DNA of 41,459 nt from Candidatus Aenigmarchaeota archaeon ex4484_224. Its GTDB lineage: Archaea; Aenigmatarchaeota; Aenigmatarchaeia; CG10238-14; EX4484-224. The stretch covers positions 1 to 41,459 of the forward strand of contig NJEA01000001.1 of NCBI GenBank assembly GCA_002254545.1. The letters run 5' to 3'. The notes below the pieces were generated by a model that was not told the origin of the DNA, ran no database searches, and saw only the letters and a program-made list of their open reading frames with translations. The translations under genes were made by a program, and so were the position numbers. This document shows, one piece after another, positions 1 through 9,884 of the stretch (position 1 is the stretch's first letter; each line of letters opens with the position of its first letter).

Positions 1-68
1 GCTATAGGAGAAAAGGTTTAAAATATTCTTAAAGGAAAATGCTTAGGTTTAACTTTTTTCCTTTTAAT

Positions 69-653
69 TTATTTTGAAACAAATTTGTTTTGTTTGATAA
101 AGAATCTTAAGGGAATTTCTAAGTCTTTTGAAACACCAATTCTTTTGCTAAAACCAATTTCTTCTTTTTCTATATCTCTGAAATAAGCAATTTGAAGAAA
201 AGAAGATTTTTTGTAAAAGTAAGAACCATGCAAAGATTTATCTATTGATAAAGCTTTTGTAAGTTTGCCAGGACCATTTGTTAAATTTAACAAACTATTT
301 GTATTTCTGTTTTTCATCATTTCTTTAATCCCATAAATTGGTTCTAAAGCCCTTATTAGTACAGCTCCTGGTTGACCTTTTGGTAAACAAGTTGCATTTA
401 AAAGCCAATTTGCATGAACCATATAAATTAAAGCTCTTCCTGGTTCATCGAACATTAACTCAGAAATTTTATTTTTTCCTTTATAAGCTCTAGAAGCTGG
501 ATCTTCCTTTCCATAATAAGCTTCAGTTTCAACAATCATTCCTGCAAGAATTTTTTTATCAATTCTTCTTATTAACAATTTTCCAAGCAACTGAACCGCA
601 ACTAAAGCAGGATCTCTGTTATAAAATTTTTTTGGTAAAAGTTTAAATTTCAT
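69..653 (-). CDS. mpg: 3-methyladenine DNA glycosylase (MPG/AAG family)
   Basis: Motifs IVETEAYYG, DPAS, GAVLIRALEP, NGPGKLTKAL and RIGVS are typical of AAG/MPG. Confidence 0.93.
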   Translation of the reverse strand: MKFKLLPKKFYNRDPALVAVQLLGKLLIRRIDKKILAGMIVETEAYYGKEDPASRAYKGKNKISELMFDEPGRALIYMVHANWLLNATCLPKGQPGAVLIRALEPIYGIKEMMKNRNTNSLLNLTNGPGKLTKALSIDKSLHGSYFYKKSSFLQIAYFRDIEKEEIGFSKRIGVSKDLEIPLRFFIKQNKFVSK

Positions 654-743
654 AATTTATTGTTAAATTACTTTAAAAATTACTTTTTATTTTTAAGAAA
701 GATAATGATCAAAATTTTAAAAAAGGAAATTTTACTTTAATTT

Positions 744-1676
744 ATGAAAATTTTTCCTTTAGCATTTGATTCCTTTGGGGTAAGAAGCCAAAGTACTTTT
801 GTAAAAGTTGGAAATCTTGGAATTCATTTGGATCCTGGAGTAGCTTTAGGACCAACTAGATATGGCTTACCTCCAACTCAAGAAGAATATTTAGCATTAG
901 AACTTTCAAGAAAAAAAATAATGCAAGTTTCTAAAAAAGCAAAAATTTCTATAGTTACTCATTATCATTACGATCATCATCCACATCCAGATGATGATGA
1001 AATGTATAAAGCATGTTTTTCAAACAAAATTGTTTTTGCTAAAGATATTTCAAAAAATATCAATTTTTCTGGTAAAAAAAGAGGAAAATATTTTGAAGAA
1101 AAAGTTAAACCAATTGCAAAAAGTTTAGAATATGTTGATGGAAAAAGTTTTGATTTTGGAAATGTTCATATAGAATTTTCACCAGCAGTTTGGCATGGAG
1201 AAGTTAAAAGTCAAGTTGGTACAGTTATTATGGTTTATATTGAAAAAGGTAAAGATTCATTTTTGTTTGGCTCAGATGCTCAAAACTTGGCTGATCCTCA
1301 AGCTTTAAAATGGGTTTTAGAAAAAAATCCAAAATTTATGATTTTAGATGGATATCCAACAATTTTCATTGGATGGAAAAAATCGAAGAAATCTTTTGAA
1401 AAAAGTAAAGAAAATTTGAGAAAAGCAATTTTAGAAACTCAAGCAAAAACAATCATTTTAGATCATCATATTCTTAGAGATATCCATTACAAAGAAAAAA
1501 TGAAAGATATTTTTGAAGATGCTGAAAATGTTGGCAAAAAAATTTTAACTGCTGCAGAATATTACGGCTTAGAAAATTTCTTTTTAGAAGCTTGGAGAAA
1601 AGAAATTCATGAAGGAAAAATGAAAGTTGATGTTAAAGGTTATTATAAAAAACTCTTTTCAAAAATAAAGATTTAA
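744..1676 (+). CDS. Archaeal metallo-beta-lactamase-fold hydrolase (UPF0282-like)
   Basis: N-terminal PLAFDSFGVRS, DPGVALGP.RYGLPP, THYHYDHH metal motif, DHHILRD and TAAEY. Confidence 0.85.
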   Translation: MKIFPLAFDSFGVRSQSTFVKVGNLGIHLDPGVALGPTRYGLPPTQEEYLALELSRKKIMQVSKKAKISIVTHYHYDHHPHPDDDEMYKACFSNKIVFAKDISKNINFSGKKRGKYFEEKVKPIAKSLEYVDGKSFDFGNVHIEFSPAVWHGEVKSQVGTVIMVYIEKGKDSFLFGSDAQNLADPQALKWVLEKNPKFMILDGYPTIFIGWKKSKKSFEKSKENLRKAILETQAKTIILDHHILRDIHYKEKMKDIFEDAENVGKKILTAAEYYGLENFFLEAWRKEIHEGKMKVDVKGYYKKLFSKIKI

Positions 1677-1700
1677 ATAAATTCTTTCAAAATTAAACCT

Positions 1701-2813
1701 ATGGAAAAACAATTAATAAAGATTTACAAAGATTTCATTCAATTTTATAAAGAAGATTTATGGGAAAATTCAAGAAAATGGATAGGAGCTCCAAATATTT
1801 CAAAAAAAGAATATCTCAAATCAATATTCATTCATAACCAACCAACTTTCATAGAATTTTGGGGCTATGTTAGAATTTTAATTTACTTTGGTCAAGATTC
1901 TTTTCTTAAATTAATTTCAAATGATCAATGGGATATCCTTAGCTATAAAAAATTTTTAGAAAATCAAAATCTAGTAAAATTTGAAAAAAATAGAGTTAAA
2001 AAAATTAGCTCAATAATAAAACAAAGCTTAACAATTCCCTTAACTAAAACTCAAATTGAAAAAATTCTTTCAAAAAGACTTAAGATTAGCTTGAAAAAAT
2101 TTTACTTAAAAAATTGTCTTTTTCCACTTTTCAAAAAATTTCCTTGGCTTGAAAATAAATTAACAGTTAAGGAAGAATTCGATCAAATGCAAATTTCTTT
2201 TTCCTCTATGCTAACTTTGCTCTCCAAAATTTCTTTTTATTTTCCATTTAAAGAAAAATTTTTGGTTGCCGGAGCTGATGATTTTCTTCAAGTATATCTT
2301 TCTATAGTTTATCCCGAAATATCAATTATTACAGCTGATCTAGATTCAGATTTACTTTCGATAACAGAAGAAATTTCCTCTAAATTAGATCTAGAAATAA
2401 AAACAATTCAAAAAGATTTTACAAAATCAAAATTAAATCGAAAAATTTTTGGATTTTATACAAATCCTCCTTATACTTTGCCTGGAGCAATTAAATTTTT
2501 AAATTTCGGTTTATCTGGTTTTTCCAATCTTGGAGGTTATTCATTTTTGGTTCTTGGAGATGAAGCTATTAAAAATAGAAGAATTTTCTTGCAACAATTT
2601 TTCAACAAAAATAATTTGTTAATAGAAGAAATTGAAAAAGGAATTTCCTATCCTTTAGAAAAGAGTCATGACGAAGTTAAATCTTTCTTGCAAGAAGCGA
2701 AAAAAATCAATCATAAACCAAAAAATTATCTTTTTGCTAGGATATTTATTCTTTCTTATATTCCATTCAAACTTCCAAAATTCAAATATCAAGATATCTT
2801 CTTTTATCTTTAA
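1701..2813 (+). CDS. BpsA/DUF43-like SAM-fold protein (branched-chain polyamine synthase homologue or methyltransferase)
   Basis: EFDQ, VAGADDF (BpsA has GDDD), ADLD and YTNPPYT..G..FL..G occur in BpsA-like order and spacing. Confidence 0.6.
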   Translation: MEKQLIKIYKDFIQFYKEDLWENSRKWIGAPNISKKEYLKSIFIHNQPTFIEFWGYVRILIYFGQDSFLKLISNDQWDILSYKKFLENQNLVKFEKNRVKKISSIIKQSLTIPLTKTQIEKILSKRLKISLKKFYLKNCLFPLFKKFPWLENKLTVKEEFDQMQISFSSMLTLLSKISFYFPFKEKFLVAGADDFLQVYLSIVYPEISIITADLDSDLLSITEEISSKLDLEIKTIQKDFTKSKLNRKIFGFYTNPPYTLPGAIKFLNFGLSGFSNLGGYSFLVLGDEAIKNRRIFLQQFFNKNNLLIEEIEKGISYPLEKSHDEVKSFLQEAKKINHKPKNYLFARIFILSYIPFKLPKFKYQDIFFYL

Positions 2814-2844
2814 TTTTTTCAAATTGTTTCTTAAAAATTAAATT

Positions 2845-3726
2845 ATGCCAATAAATGCTCCTATCGAATATTATAAAGCTGAAGAAAAATATTTGAAAGC
2901 CAAAACTATAGATGAAAAAATTGCAGCTCTAGAAGAAATGATTAGATTATTGCCAAAACATAAAGGAACTGAAAATTTATTAGCACAATTAAGAAAAAGA
3001 TTGGCGAAACTTAAAAAACAAAAAGAGCAAAAGAAAAAAGTTGGAAAAAGTTCTAAGGCAAAAGAATTAACAGTTGAAAAGGAAGGAAGTGCTCAAGTTT
3101 GCATAATAGGATATCCTAATTCTGGAAAAAGTTCCTTGCTTAAATCTTTAACAAACAAAGAGATTGAAATAAGTGAAATTCCTTATACAACAAAAAAGCC
3201 AGAAGTTGCTATGCTTGATTATGAAAATGTTAAAATTCAGTTGGTCGAAATTCCTTCTACTTTTGAACCATATACTTTTGGAATTTTAAACAACTGTGAT
3301 TTAATTGTTTGTTTACTAGATTCAACTTCAGATATAAATGAACAAAAGAAATTTTTTGAAGAAATGCTTTCAAAAAGAAATTTGCTTAAAAAAACTATTT
3401 TTGTAATTTCAAAAGATGATTCAAACAAATTTCGAGGAATTTCAATAAAAAGAAAAGAAAGTTTAGAAAAATTGAAAGAAAAAATTTGGAATTCTTTGAA
3501 TTTAATAAGAGTATATCCAAAACCAATAAACAAAAAACCAGAAAAAACTCCAATTACTTTACCAAAAGGTTCAAAAGTAAAAGATTTTGTTGAAAAGCTT
3601 GGATATACTTTTATAAAAAATTTTAAATTTGCAAGAATTTTTGATAATTCAAAATTTAGCGGAAGAAAAGTTGGTTTAGACTATGAACTTAAAGATAAAG
3701 ATATTGTTGAAGTTCATTTGGATTAA
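2845..3726 (+). CDS. DRG/OBG-family GTPase with C-terminal TGS domain (short, divergent)
   Basis: MPIN...PKHKGTE N-terminus, G1 GYPNSGKSS, G2 PYTT, and a TGS tail (GRKVGLDYELKDKDIVEVH). Confidence 0.85.
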   Translation: MPINAPIEYYKAEEKYLKAKTIDEKIAALEEMIRLLPKHKGTENLLAQLRKRLAKLKKQKEQKKKVGKSSKAKELTVEKEGSAQVCIIGYPNSGKSSLLKSLTNKEIEISEIPYTTKKPEVAMLDYENVKIQLVEIPSTFEPYTFGILNNCDLIVCLLDSTSDINEQKKFFEEMLSKRNLLKKTIFVISKDDSNKFRGISIKRKESLEKLKEKIWNSLNLIRVYPKPINKKPEKTPITLPKGSKVKDFVEKLGYTFIKNFKFARIFDNSKFSGRKVGLDYELKDKDIVEVHLD

Positions 3727-4397
3727 ATTTTTTCAACAAGCTTTCTAATCAAAACCTTTCCAGTTTTTGTATATTCAAGCTCTATTAATCCAACCTCTTC
3801 AAATTTTTTTGCCCATTCTTCAATAATCTCTCTAGATATACCAATTCTTTTTTTAACTTCATCACTCCAAACTTCTCCTTCTTTCTCAACTAACTTCAAA
3901 AATTCATTTATCTTTTTGTTTGTTTCTTCTAATATTCTTTCTTTTCCCATTACTACAGCTAAATCAGTTTTGGTTAAAATTCCGACTAATTCTCCATTTT
4001 TATCAACAACAAGTAATCTACTAATATTCCTTCTTTTCATCAAAATTCTTGCTTCTTCTAAACTTTTATTTTCTTTTATCACTATAGGTTTTTTCATAAC
4101 TTCGAAAACTTTTTTTCTTTTAAGTATATCCTTTGCTTCTTCCAATTCCTCAAAAAATTCTTTTTCAGCTACTTCCAACAAATCACTTCTACTTATTTCT
4201 CCAACTAACTTTTTTCCAAAAAATACTGGAGCACCAGATATCCTATTTCTTTTAAAAAACAAATAAACTTTCCATAAATCCCAATCTCTATCTATTTTCA
4301 AAACTCTTTTCGACATTACTTCTCTAACTAGAATTTTAGAGGGAGCTTTTTTTCTAAAAATTAAACTCTTAATTTTTTGATGAATTTTAATATCCAT
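3723..4397 (-). CDS. CBS-pair protein with C-terminal winged-helix-like domain
   Basis: Two CBS repeats (ISGAPV...LVGEISRSDL; ISRLLVVD...LVGILTKTDL) and a wHTH-like tail. Start placed at the ATG at 4397 because the track start (4442) leaves only 5 bp to the divergent gene. Confidence 0.8.
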   Translation of the reverse strand: MDIKIHQKIKSLIFRKKAPSKILVREVMSKRVLKIDRDWDLWKVYLFFKRNRISGAPVFFGKKLVGEISRSDLLEVAEKEFFEELEEAKDILKRKKVFEVMKKPIVIKENKSLEEARILMKRRNISRLLVVDKNGELVGILTKTDLAVVMGKERILEETNKKINEFLKLVEKEGEVWSDEVKKRIGISREIIEEWAKKFEEVGLIELEYTKTGKVLIRKLVEKI

Positions 4398-4447
4398 AAT
4401 TTTAATTTTTCGTAAATTTTTAATAAATGTTAGTATAATCATTACTT

Positions 4448-4675
4448 ATGGTTTTAGCATATATTTTAATGCAAATTCAACCAGGAAAGGAAAAGAAAAT
4501 AATAGATAAACTTTCTAAAATAAAAGAAGTTAAAGAAACTCATTTGCTTTATGGAGAATATGATTTAATAGCAAAAGTTGAATTTGAAGATATGAAGAAA
4601 TTAAATGAATTTGTTATGAATGTTCTAAGAAAACAAAATGGAGTCAAAGTAACTTCTACTATGATTTGTGTTTAA
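4448..4675 (+). CDS. Stand-alone Lrp/AsnC ligand-binding (RAM) domain protein
   Basis: AYILM...GKE...LYGEYDLIAKV...GVKVTSTMI; no HTH present. Confidence 0.88.
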   Translation: MVLAYILMQIQPGKEKKIIDKLSKIKEVKETHLLYGEYDLIAKVEFEDMKKLNEFVMNVLRKQNGVKVTSTMICV

Positions 4676-4699
4676 AAACTTTGAAGATAAATTTTTTGT

Positions 4700-5155
4700 A
4701 TGCTTGGAATTGAAGATTTGAAAAATTTTTTAGAGGAAAACTCTATTCAAGCAGAAATAATCGAATTTGAAAAGCCAGTAATTACTAGCAAAGATGTTTT
4801 AAAATTACTTGGAAATGTTAAAGTTGTAAAATCAATTTTAATAATTACAGAAAAATTTCCAATAGTTTGTATTTTACCAGGAAATAGAAAAATCGATTTT
4901 GAAAAAATTAAGAAATTATTTGAGGTTAAGGAAGTTAGACTGGCTAAAGCAAAAGAAGTTAAAGAAATTACCGGATATGATATTGGAGCTTTGCCTCCAT
5001 TTGCACATAAACAAAAAATTAAAACAATAGTTGACAAAAGTTTGGAAAATATTAAAGAAGATGTTTATTGTGGTGGTGGATCTCATTATTCTTTACTTAA
5101 AATTAATCCAAAAATTTTAATTGAAATGTTTGAAGTTAAAGATTTTTCTTGCTAA
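4700..5155 (+). CDS. YbaK/EbsC-family aminoacyl-tRNA deacylase
   Basis: VVKSIL, LAKAKEVKEITGYDIGALPPF and CGGG motifs. Confidence 0.9.
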   Translation: MLGIEDLKNFLEENSIQAEIIEFEKPVITSKDVLKLLGNVKVVKSILIITEKFPIVCILPGNRKIDFEKIKKLFEVKEVRLAKAKEVKEITGYDIGALPPFAHKQKIKTIVDKSLENIKEDVYCGGGSHYSLLKINPKILIEMFEVKDFSC

Positions 5156-5879
5156 ATTTTAAAAATTCCTTTGCATCATCCTTCATAAAAATGTTGTTGA
5201 ACATTACAAATCCTTCTTTAAATTTCAAACTTTTAATTTCCTTGATTAAAAACTCAAAATCTTTTTTTGTATATTTGTAAGAATACATTTTTTTGCCTGG
5301 TGGAGAACCATGCAATCTAAAGTAAAAAACTTTTTTCTTTGTTAAATGTTGAGCTCTATTTGCAAAAGGATCAACTATATCTATCAATTCAAATTTTTTA
5401 CAAAACTTTTTCCTTTCTTTATCATTCCAACCTCTTAACTCAATTCCAATTAAAAAATCCCTTCTTTCAATTTTCTCAAAAAATTTCTCAGCGTTTTCCC
5501 AATTCTCTTGATTATTTTCAAACTTTTTTGGCATTTGAATTACTAAAACCTTTGCTTCCAAAATTTTTGCAACTTTAATCATTTTCTTCCAAAATTCAAA
5601 AACTTCTTTTGTTGGCTTTAAAAACCCTACTTTCCCTTTTAATTTTTCAAAATCTAAATTGCTCCTTCTCCAAGTTGGCATTTCTGCGGGATGGCTAATT
5701 CCCTGAAAAACTTTCAAATTAAAAATAAATTCTTTGCTTGCTTTTTCTTTCCATTTTTTAGCAAGCTTTTCATCTATTAATTGATAGAAAGTTTTTTGAA
5801 TTTCAATTGTTTTAAAATCTTTAAAGTAATTTTTTTGAGATTCACAAAATCCGCAGCAACCAACAAAAATTTCTTTCAT
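5136..5879 (-). CDS. DUF72 (YecE-like) protein
   Basis: VGCCGF, IEIQKTFY, FNLKVFQGISH, YFRLHG and VMFNN motifs. Confidence 0.9.
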   Translation of the reverse strand: MKEIFVGCCGFCESQKNYFKDFKTIEIQKTFYQLIDEKLAKKWKEKASKEFIFNLKVFQGISHPAEMPTWRRSNLDFEKLKGKVGFLKPTKEVFEFWKKMIKVAKILEAKVLVIQMPKKFENNQENWENAEKFFEKIERRDFLIGIELRGWNDKERKKFCKKFELIDIVDPFANRAQHLTKKKVFYFRLHGSPPGKKMYSYKYTKKDFEFLIKEIKSLKFKEGFVMFNNIFMKDDAKEFLKFSKKNL

Positions 5880-5903
5880 AATAAAAATTTTCTTAATTTC
5901 AAA

Positions 5904-7151
5904 TTAAATATAACCTAACTCTTTTGCCGCGATTATAAACATTGCATGAGACCAAGCTAAAGGAATAGGACCTCTAAATTTTCCATCTAATGTAATTTGC
6001 TCTGGAATATATTCTTTCACTTTAGAAATTACCCAATCGAAATATTTCTCTGCTTTTTGATAATTTTCTAACCTTGAATACACAATTGAAGCCCAAAAGT
6101 TTACTATTGGCCAGGCATTTCCTTTGGATCCGGGATATCTAGAACTACCATCTATAAATATTCCATTATATGTATCTCCAGGATATCTCCCTAAACCCAA
6201 ATGATTTTTATGTATCTTAATTTTTTCAACTAACCAATCTATAAACTTTTCTATTCTTTCATCTTTCTTTACAAAATCTACAGGATATACCAGAGAAAAC
6301 AATAATGAATCTATTTCTGGATCAAAACTATCTCCTCTCATCAATTCGGTATAAAGACTTAAGTAATTTTTCTTTTCATATCTATTTCCGAATACAGCCT
6401 TCCATTTATTTTCACTTTCTACGTATGCCTTTTTTAAAGTATCTTTTATCGATAAAAATGTCTTTTTCCACTTATTTTTTTCTCCGACCATTTCCATTCC
6501 TAACTTAAATCCAAGATAAGAAAGTAAAAGAGAATGAGTAATATTAACTCCTGGATATCCAATTTTTTCTTCCCATCTATCATGATAAAGAATTTTAAAA
6601 CTGTCTGCTCCCCACAACTTAGCTAATCTATCCAAAATCGAATTAATAACTTTTTTGGTTGTTGTTCTACATTCCTTAGTTTTACAAAACTTTTTATGTT
6701 TATAAAATGCCCAAACAATGTACCCATAATTATCAATTTGAATTTGAACCCTAAATCCTCCTCTTTTCCCTCCTCTTCCCCACATCGTTACTTCATGTTG
6801 ATATTTGCTAATAGTTTTAAGACCCTCTTCTGAGTAAATCTCAAAAATAAGAAATCCATTTGCCATTCCATTAGGATCATATCTTTGAAAGACCCATCCA
6901 TCTTCTATTTTTTCTGCTCTTGTTAATAGCCAATTAAAAAATTTTTCTGGAATGTCATGCAATCCCAAAATATCTGAAGCTATACATATATGAGCAGCAT
7001 CTGCTGGCCATACATAAAAATAATTAGGAGAACCTTTAGGATATATTGGAGAAGAGGAATCTGCTGCAACTATTGCACCATTCTCTAATGAAACTCTTTT
7101 AAAAACCTCTTTAGATCTATCAATAATTTTTTCAATTTTTTCAATTCTCAT
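5904..7151 (-). CDS. Glycoside hydrolase family 15 (glucoamylase-like) protein
   Basis: NGAIVAA, YFYVWPADAA, QID, DRWEE, RYPGDTY, GNAWP, PEQ and PLAWSHAMF. Confidence 0.8.
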   Translation of the reverse strand: MRIEKIEKIIDRSKEVFKRVSLENGAIVAADSSSPIYPKGSPNYFYVWPADAAHICIASDILGLHDIPEKFFNWLLTRAEKIEDGWVFQRYDPNGMANGFLIFEIYSEEGLKTISKYQHEVTMWGRGGKRGGFRVQIQIDNYGYIVWAFYKHKKFCKTKECRTTTKKVINSILDRLAKLWGADSFKILYHDRWEEKIGYPGVNITHSLLLSYLGFKLGMEMVGEKNKWKKTFLSIKDTLKKAYVESENKWKAVFGNRYEKKNYLSLYTELMRGDSFDPEIDSLLFSLVYPVDFVKKDERIEKFIDWLVEKIKIHKNHLGLGRYPGDTYNGIFIDGSSRYPGSKGNAWPIVNFWASIVYSRLENYQKAEKYFDWVISKVKEYIPEQITLDGKFRGPIPLAWSHAMFIIAAKELGYI

Positions 7152-7207
7152 AATATTATTATTTGAACCTAAAATTTTATCTTCTCAAAAATACAAATAA
7201 TATAGCT

Positions 7208-9877
7208 ATGCCTATCAAAAAAGTTAAACTTAGAAAGGTTAAAGATGAAAAAATTTTGAAGTTGCTTAGACCTTATTTGGCTTTTTGGTTTAAGAAAAAA
7301 TTTGGAAAGCTAACATTGCCACAAAAATTTTCAATTCCTCTAATTCAAAAAGGAAAAAATGTTTTAATTACTGCTCCAACTGGCTCTGGTAAAACATTAG
7401 CTTGTTTTACTTCAATTTTAAACGAACTTTTTAAACTAGCTGAAAAAAATTTGCTTGAAGATAAAGTTTATGCAATTTATGTTTCTCCATTAAGAGCTTT
7501 AAACAATGATATCTACAAGAATTTGTTAATTCCTTTGAAAGAAGTTAAAGAAATTGCTGAAAAAAAGTTTAAAATAAAATTGCAAGAGATTAGAGTTGGT
7601 GTAAGAACTGGAGATACTAGCTCTTATGAAAAGCAAAAACAATTAAAAAATCCTCCTCATATTTTAATAACAACTCCAGAAAGCTTAGCAATAATTTTGG
7701 GGACTAAAAAGTTTAAAGAAAAAATTAAAGATGTTAAATGGGTTATAGTAGATGAAATTCATGAATTAGCAAATTCTAAGAGAGGAGTACATTTAAGTTT
7801 AAGTTTAGAAAGATTGGAAAATTTTGTAGGAAAGAGAATTGTAAGAATTGGAGCTGGAGCAACTTTAGAGCCTTTGGAAGAAGCTGCAAAATTTTTAGTT
7901 GGTTTGGAAAATGGAAAATCAAGAAATTGTTATATAATTGATGCAAGATTTGTTAAGCCAATTGATTTAAAAGTAATTTTGCCAATAAAAGATTTGATCT
8001 ATACTGATGCAGAAACAATTAACAAAAAAATGTATGAATTAATTGACAACCTAATTTCTAAACATAGAACAACATTAGTTTTTACAAACACAAGAAGTGG
8101 AGCTGAAAGAGTTCACTTCCATTTAAAGCAATTATTTCCAAGTAAATATTTGGATGAATTAACTGGAGTACATCACTCAAGCATTTCAAGAGATATAAGA
8201 TTAGATGTTGAAAACAAATTAAAAAATGGAAAGCTTAAAGTTGTAATTAGTTCAACTTCTTTAGAACTAGGAATTGATATTGGTTATATCGATTTAGTAA
8301 TTCAAATAGGATCTCCAAAATCAGTTTCTAGGTTAATGCAAAGAATTGGAAGGGCTGGTCATAAGTTACATGAAATCTCAAAAGGAAGAATAATTGTTTT
8401 AGATAGAGATGATTTGGTTGAATGTTCTGTTATGACAAAAAAAGCTTATGAATACTTTTTAGATAAATTTCATATGCCAGAAAATTGCTTAGATGTTTTA
8501 GCTCAGCATTTGCTTGGTTTAGCAAATGAAAGAAAATGGAATGTTTATGAAGCTTATGAATTAATTAAAAAAGCATATCCTTATAGAAATTTAAAATTTG
8601 AAACTTTTTTATCAATTTTAAAATATTTAGCTGGTTTTTACCATAGCTTGGAAGATTACAAAGTTTATGGAAAAATTTGGTTTGATGAAAATACAATGGA
8701 ATTTGGAAGAAGAGGAAAGTATTCAAGAGTAATTTATACCTTAAACATTGGAACAATTCCAGATGAATTAAAAATTAAAGTTAGAAGTTTAAAAGGAAAA
8801 TTTATAGGATATATAGAAGAAGGATTTTTAGAAAGATTATTGCCTGGTGATATATTTGTTCTTGCTGGAAAAACTTATGAGTTCATAAAAGCAAAAAAAG
8901 ATATAGCCTATGTAAAAGAAGTCAAAGAAAAAAGACCTACCATACCTAGTTGGTTTTCTGAACAATTGCCTTTAAGCTTTGAATTAGCAATAGAAATTGG
9001 AAAATTTAGAGAAAAAGTTTTTAATTGGCTAGAGAAAAAAGAAAAGAAAATTGATGAAAAAATTAAAAAAGAATTAAATTGTAGTAAAGAAGTTGCTAAA
9101 GCAATTTATGACTACTTTTTAATTCAATATAAATTTTTAAAGAAAATGGAAGCAAAAAGATTTCCATCTCATAAAACAATTCTAATAGAAAATGTTATAA
9201 CAAGTGATTCTCAAAATATTGTTTTTCATACTTTGTTTGGAAGAAAAGTCAATGATACTTTAAGTAGAGCTTATGCTTATATGTTAATGAAAAAATTGAA
9301 AAAAAGCATTGGAATTACTATAAGCGATAATGGATTTATTCTTTCAATTCCATTTGAATTTGAAAAAAGATTTTGGATAAAAATAAGAGAAATTAAAAAA
9401 GAATTCGTAGATCCAAAAGAAGTAGTTAAACTTGTTTCTTCTTCAAAGCTTGAAGAAATTTTGAGAAAAGCATTGATAAATACTGAGCTTTTCAAAAGAA
9501 AATTTAGACATAATGCAACCAGAGCTTTAATGATTTTAAGAAATTATAAAGGGCATGAAATTTCTTTAGTTAAACAACAAATGAGTGCAGAAAGATTAAT
9601 AAAAGTTGTTAAAAAAATTAAAGGATTTCCAATAATAGAAGAAACTTATAGAGAAATTTTAGAAGATTATATGGATATCCAAAATTCTAAGAAAATTTTG
9701 AAAGAAATTGAGAATGGAAAAATTAAGTTTGAAATTTTAGAAAAAAGCAATATACCTTCTCCTTTTGCTCATAACTTGTTTGTTTTAAGCGAAAGTGATG
9801 TTGTTTTAATGGAAGATAGAAAAGCTTTACTTTTAAAGTTGCATAAACAAGTGTTAGAAAAAATTAAAGAAAAATAA
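7208..9877 (+). CDS. lhr: Lhr-family ATP-dependent SF2 helicase
   Basis: APTGSGKT, SPLRALNND, TTPESL, DEIH, SLELGIDIG and QRIGRAGH. The ATG at 7208 is preferred over the TTG at 7163. Confidence 0.92.
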   Translation: MPIKKVKLRKVKDEKILKLLRPYLAFWFKKKFGKLTLPQKFSIPLIQKGKNVLITAPTGSGKTLACFTSILNELFKLAEKNLLEDKVYAIYVSPLRALNNDIYKNLLIPLKEVKEIAEKKFKIKLQEIRVGVRTGDTSSYEKQKQLKNPPHILITTPESLAIILGTKKFKEKIKDVKWVIVDEIHELANSKRGVHLSLSLERLENFVGKRIVRIGAGATLEPLEEAAKFLVGLENGKSRNCYIIDARFVKPIDLKVILPIKDLIYTDAETINKKMYELIDNLISKHRTTLVFTNTRSGAERVHFHLKQLFPSKYLDELTGVHHSSISRDIRLDVENKLKNGKLKVVISSTSLELGIDIGYIDLVIQIGSPKSVSRLMQRIGRAGHKLHEISKGRIIVLDRDDLVECSVMTKKAYEYFLDKFHMPENCLDVLAQHLLGLANERKWNVYEAYELIKKAYPYRNLKFETFLSILKYLAGFYHSLEDYKVYGKIWFDENTMEFGRRGKYSRVIYTLNIGTIPDELKIKVRSLKGKFIGYIEEGFLERLLPGDIFVLAGKTYEFIKAKKDIAYVKEVKEKRPTIPSWFSEQLPLSFELAIEIGKFREKVFNWLEKKEKKIDEKIKKELNCSKEVAKAIYDYFLIQYKFLKKMEAKRFPSHKTILIENVITSDSQNIVFHTLFGRKVNDTLSRAYAYMLMKKLKKSIGITISDNGFILSIPFEFEKRFWIKIREIKKEFVDPKEVVKLVSSSKLEEILRKALINTELFKRKFRHNATRALMILRNYKGHEISLVKQQMSAERLIKVVKKIKGFPIIEETYREILEDYMDIQNSKKILKEIENGKIKFEILEKSNIPSPFAHNLFVLSESDVVLMEDRKALLLKLHKQVLEKIKEK

Positions 9878-9884
9878 TTAAATT

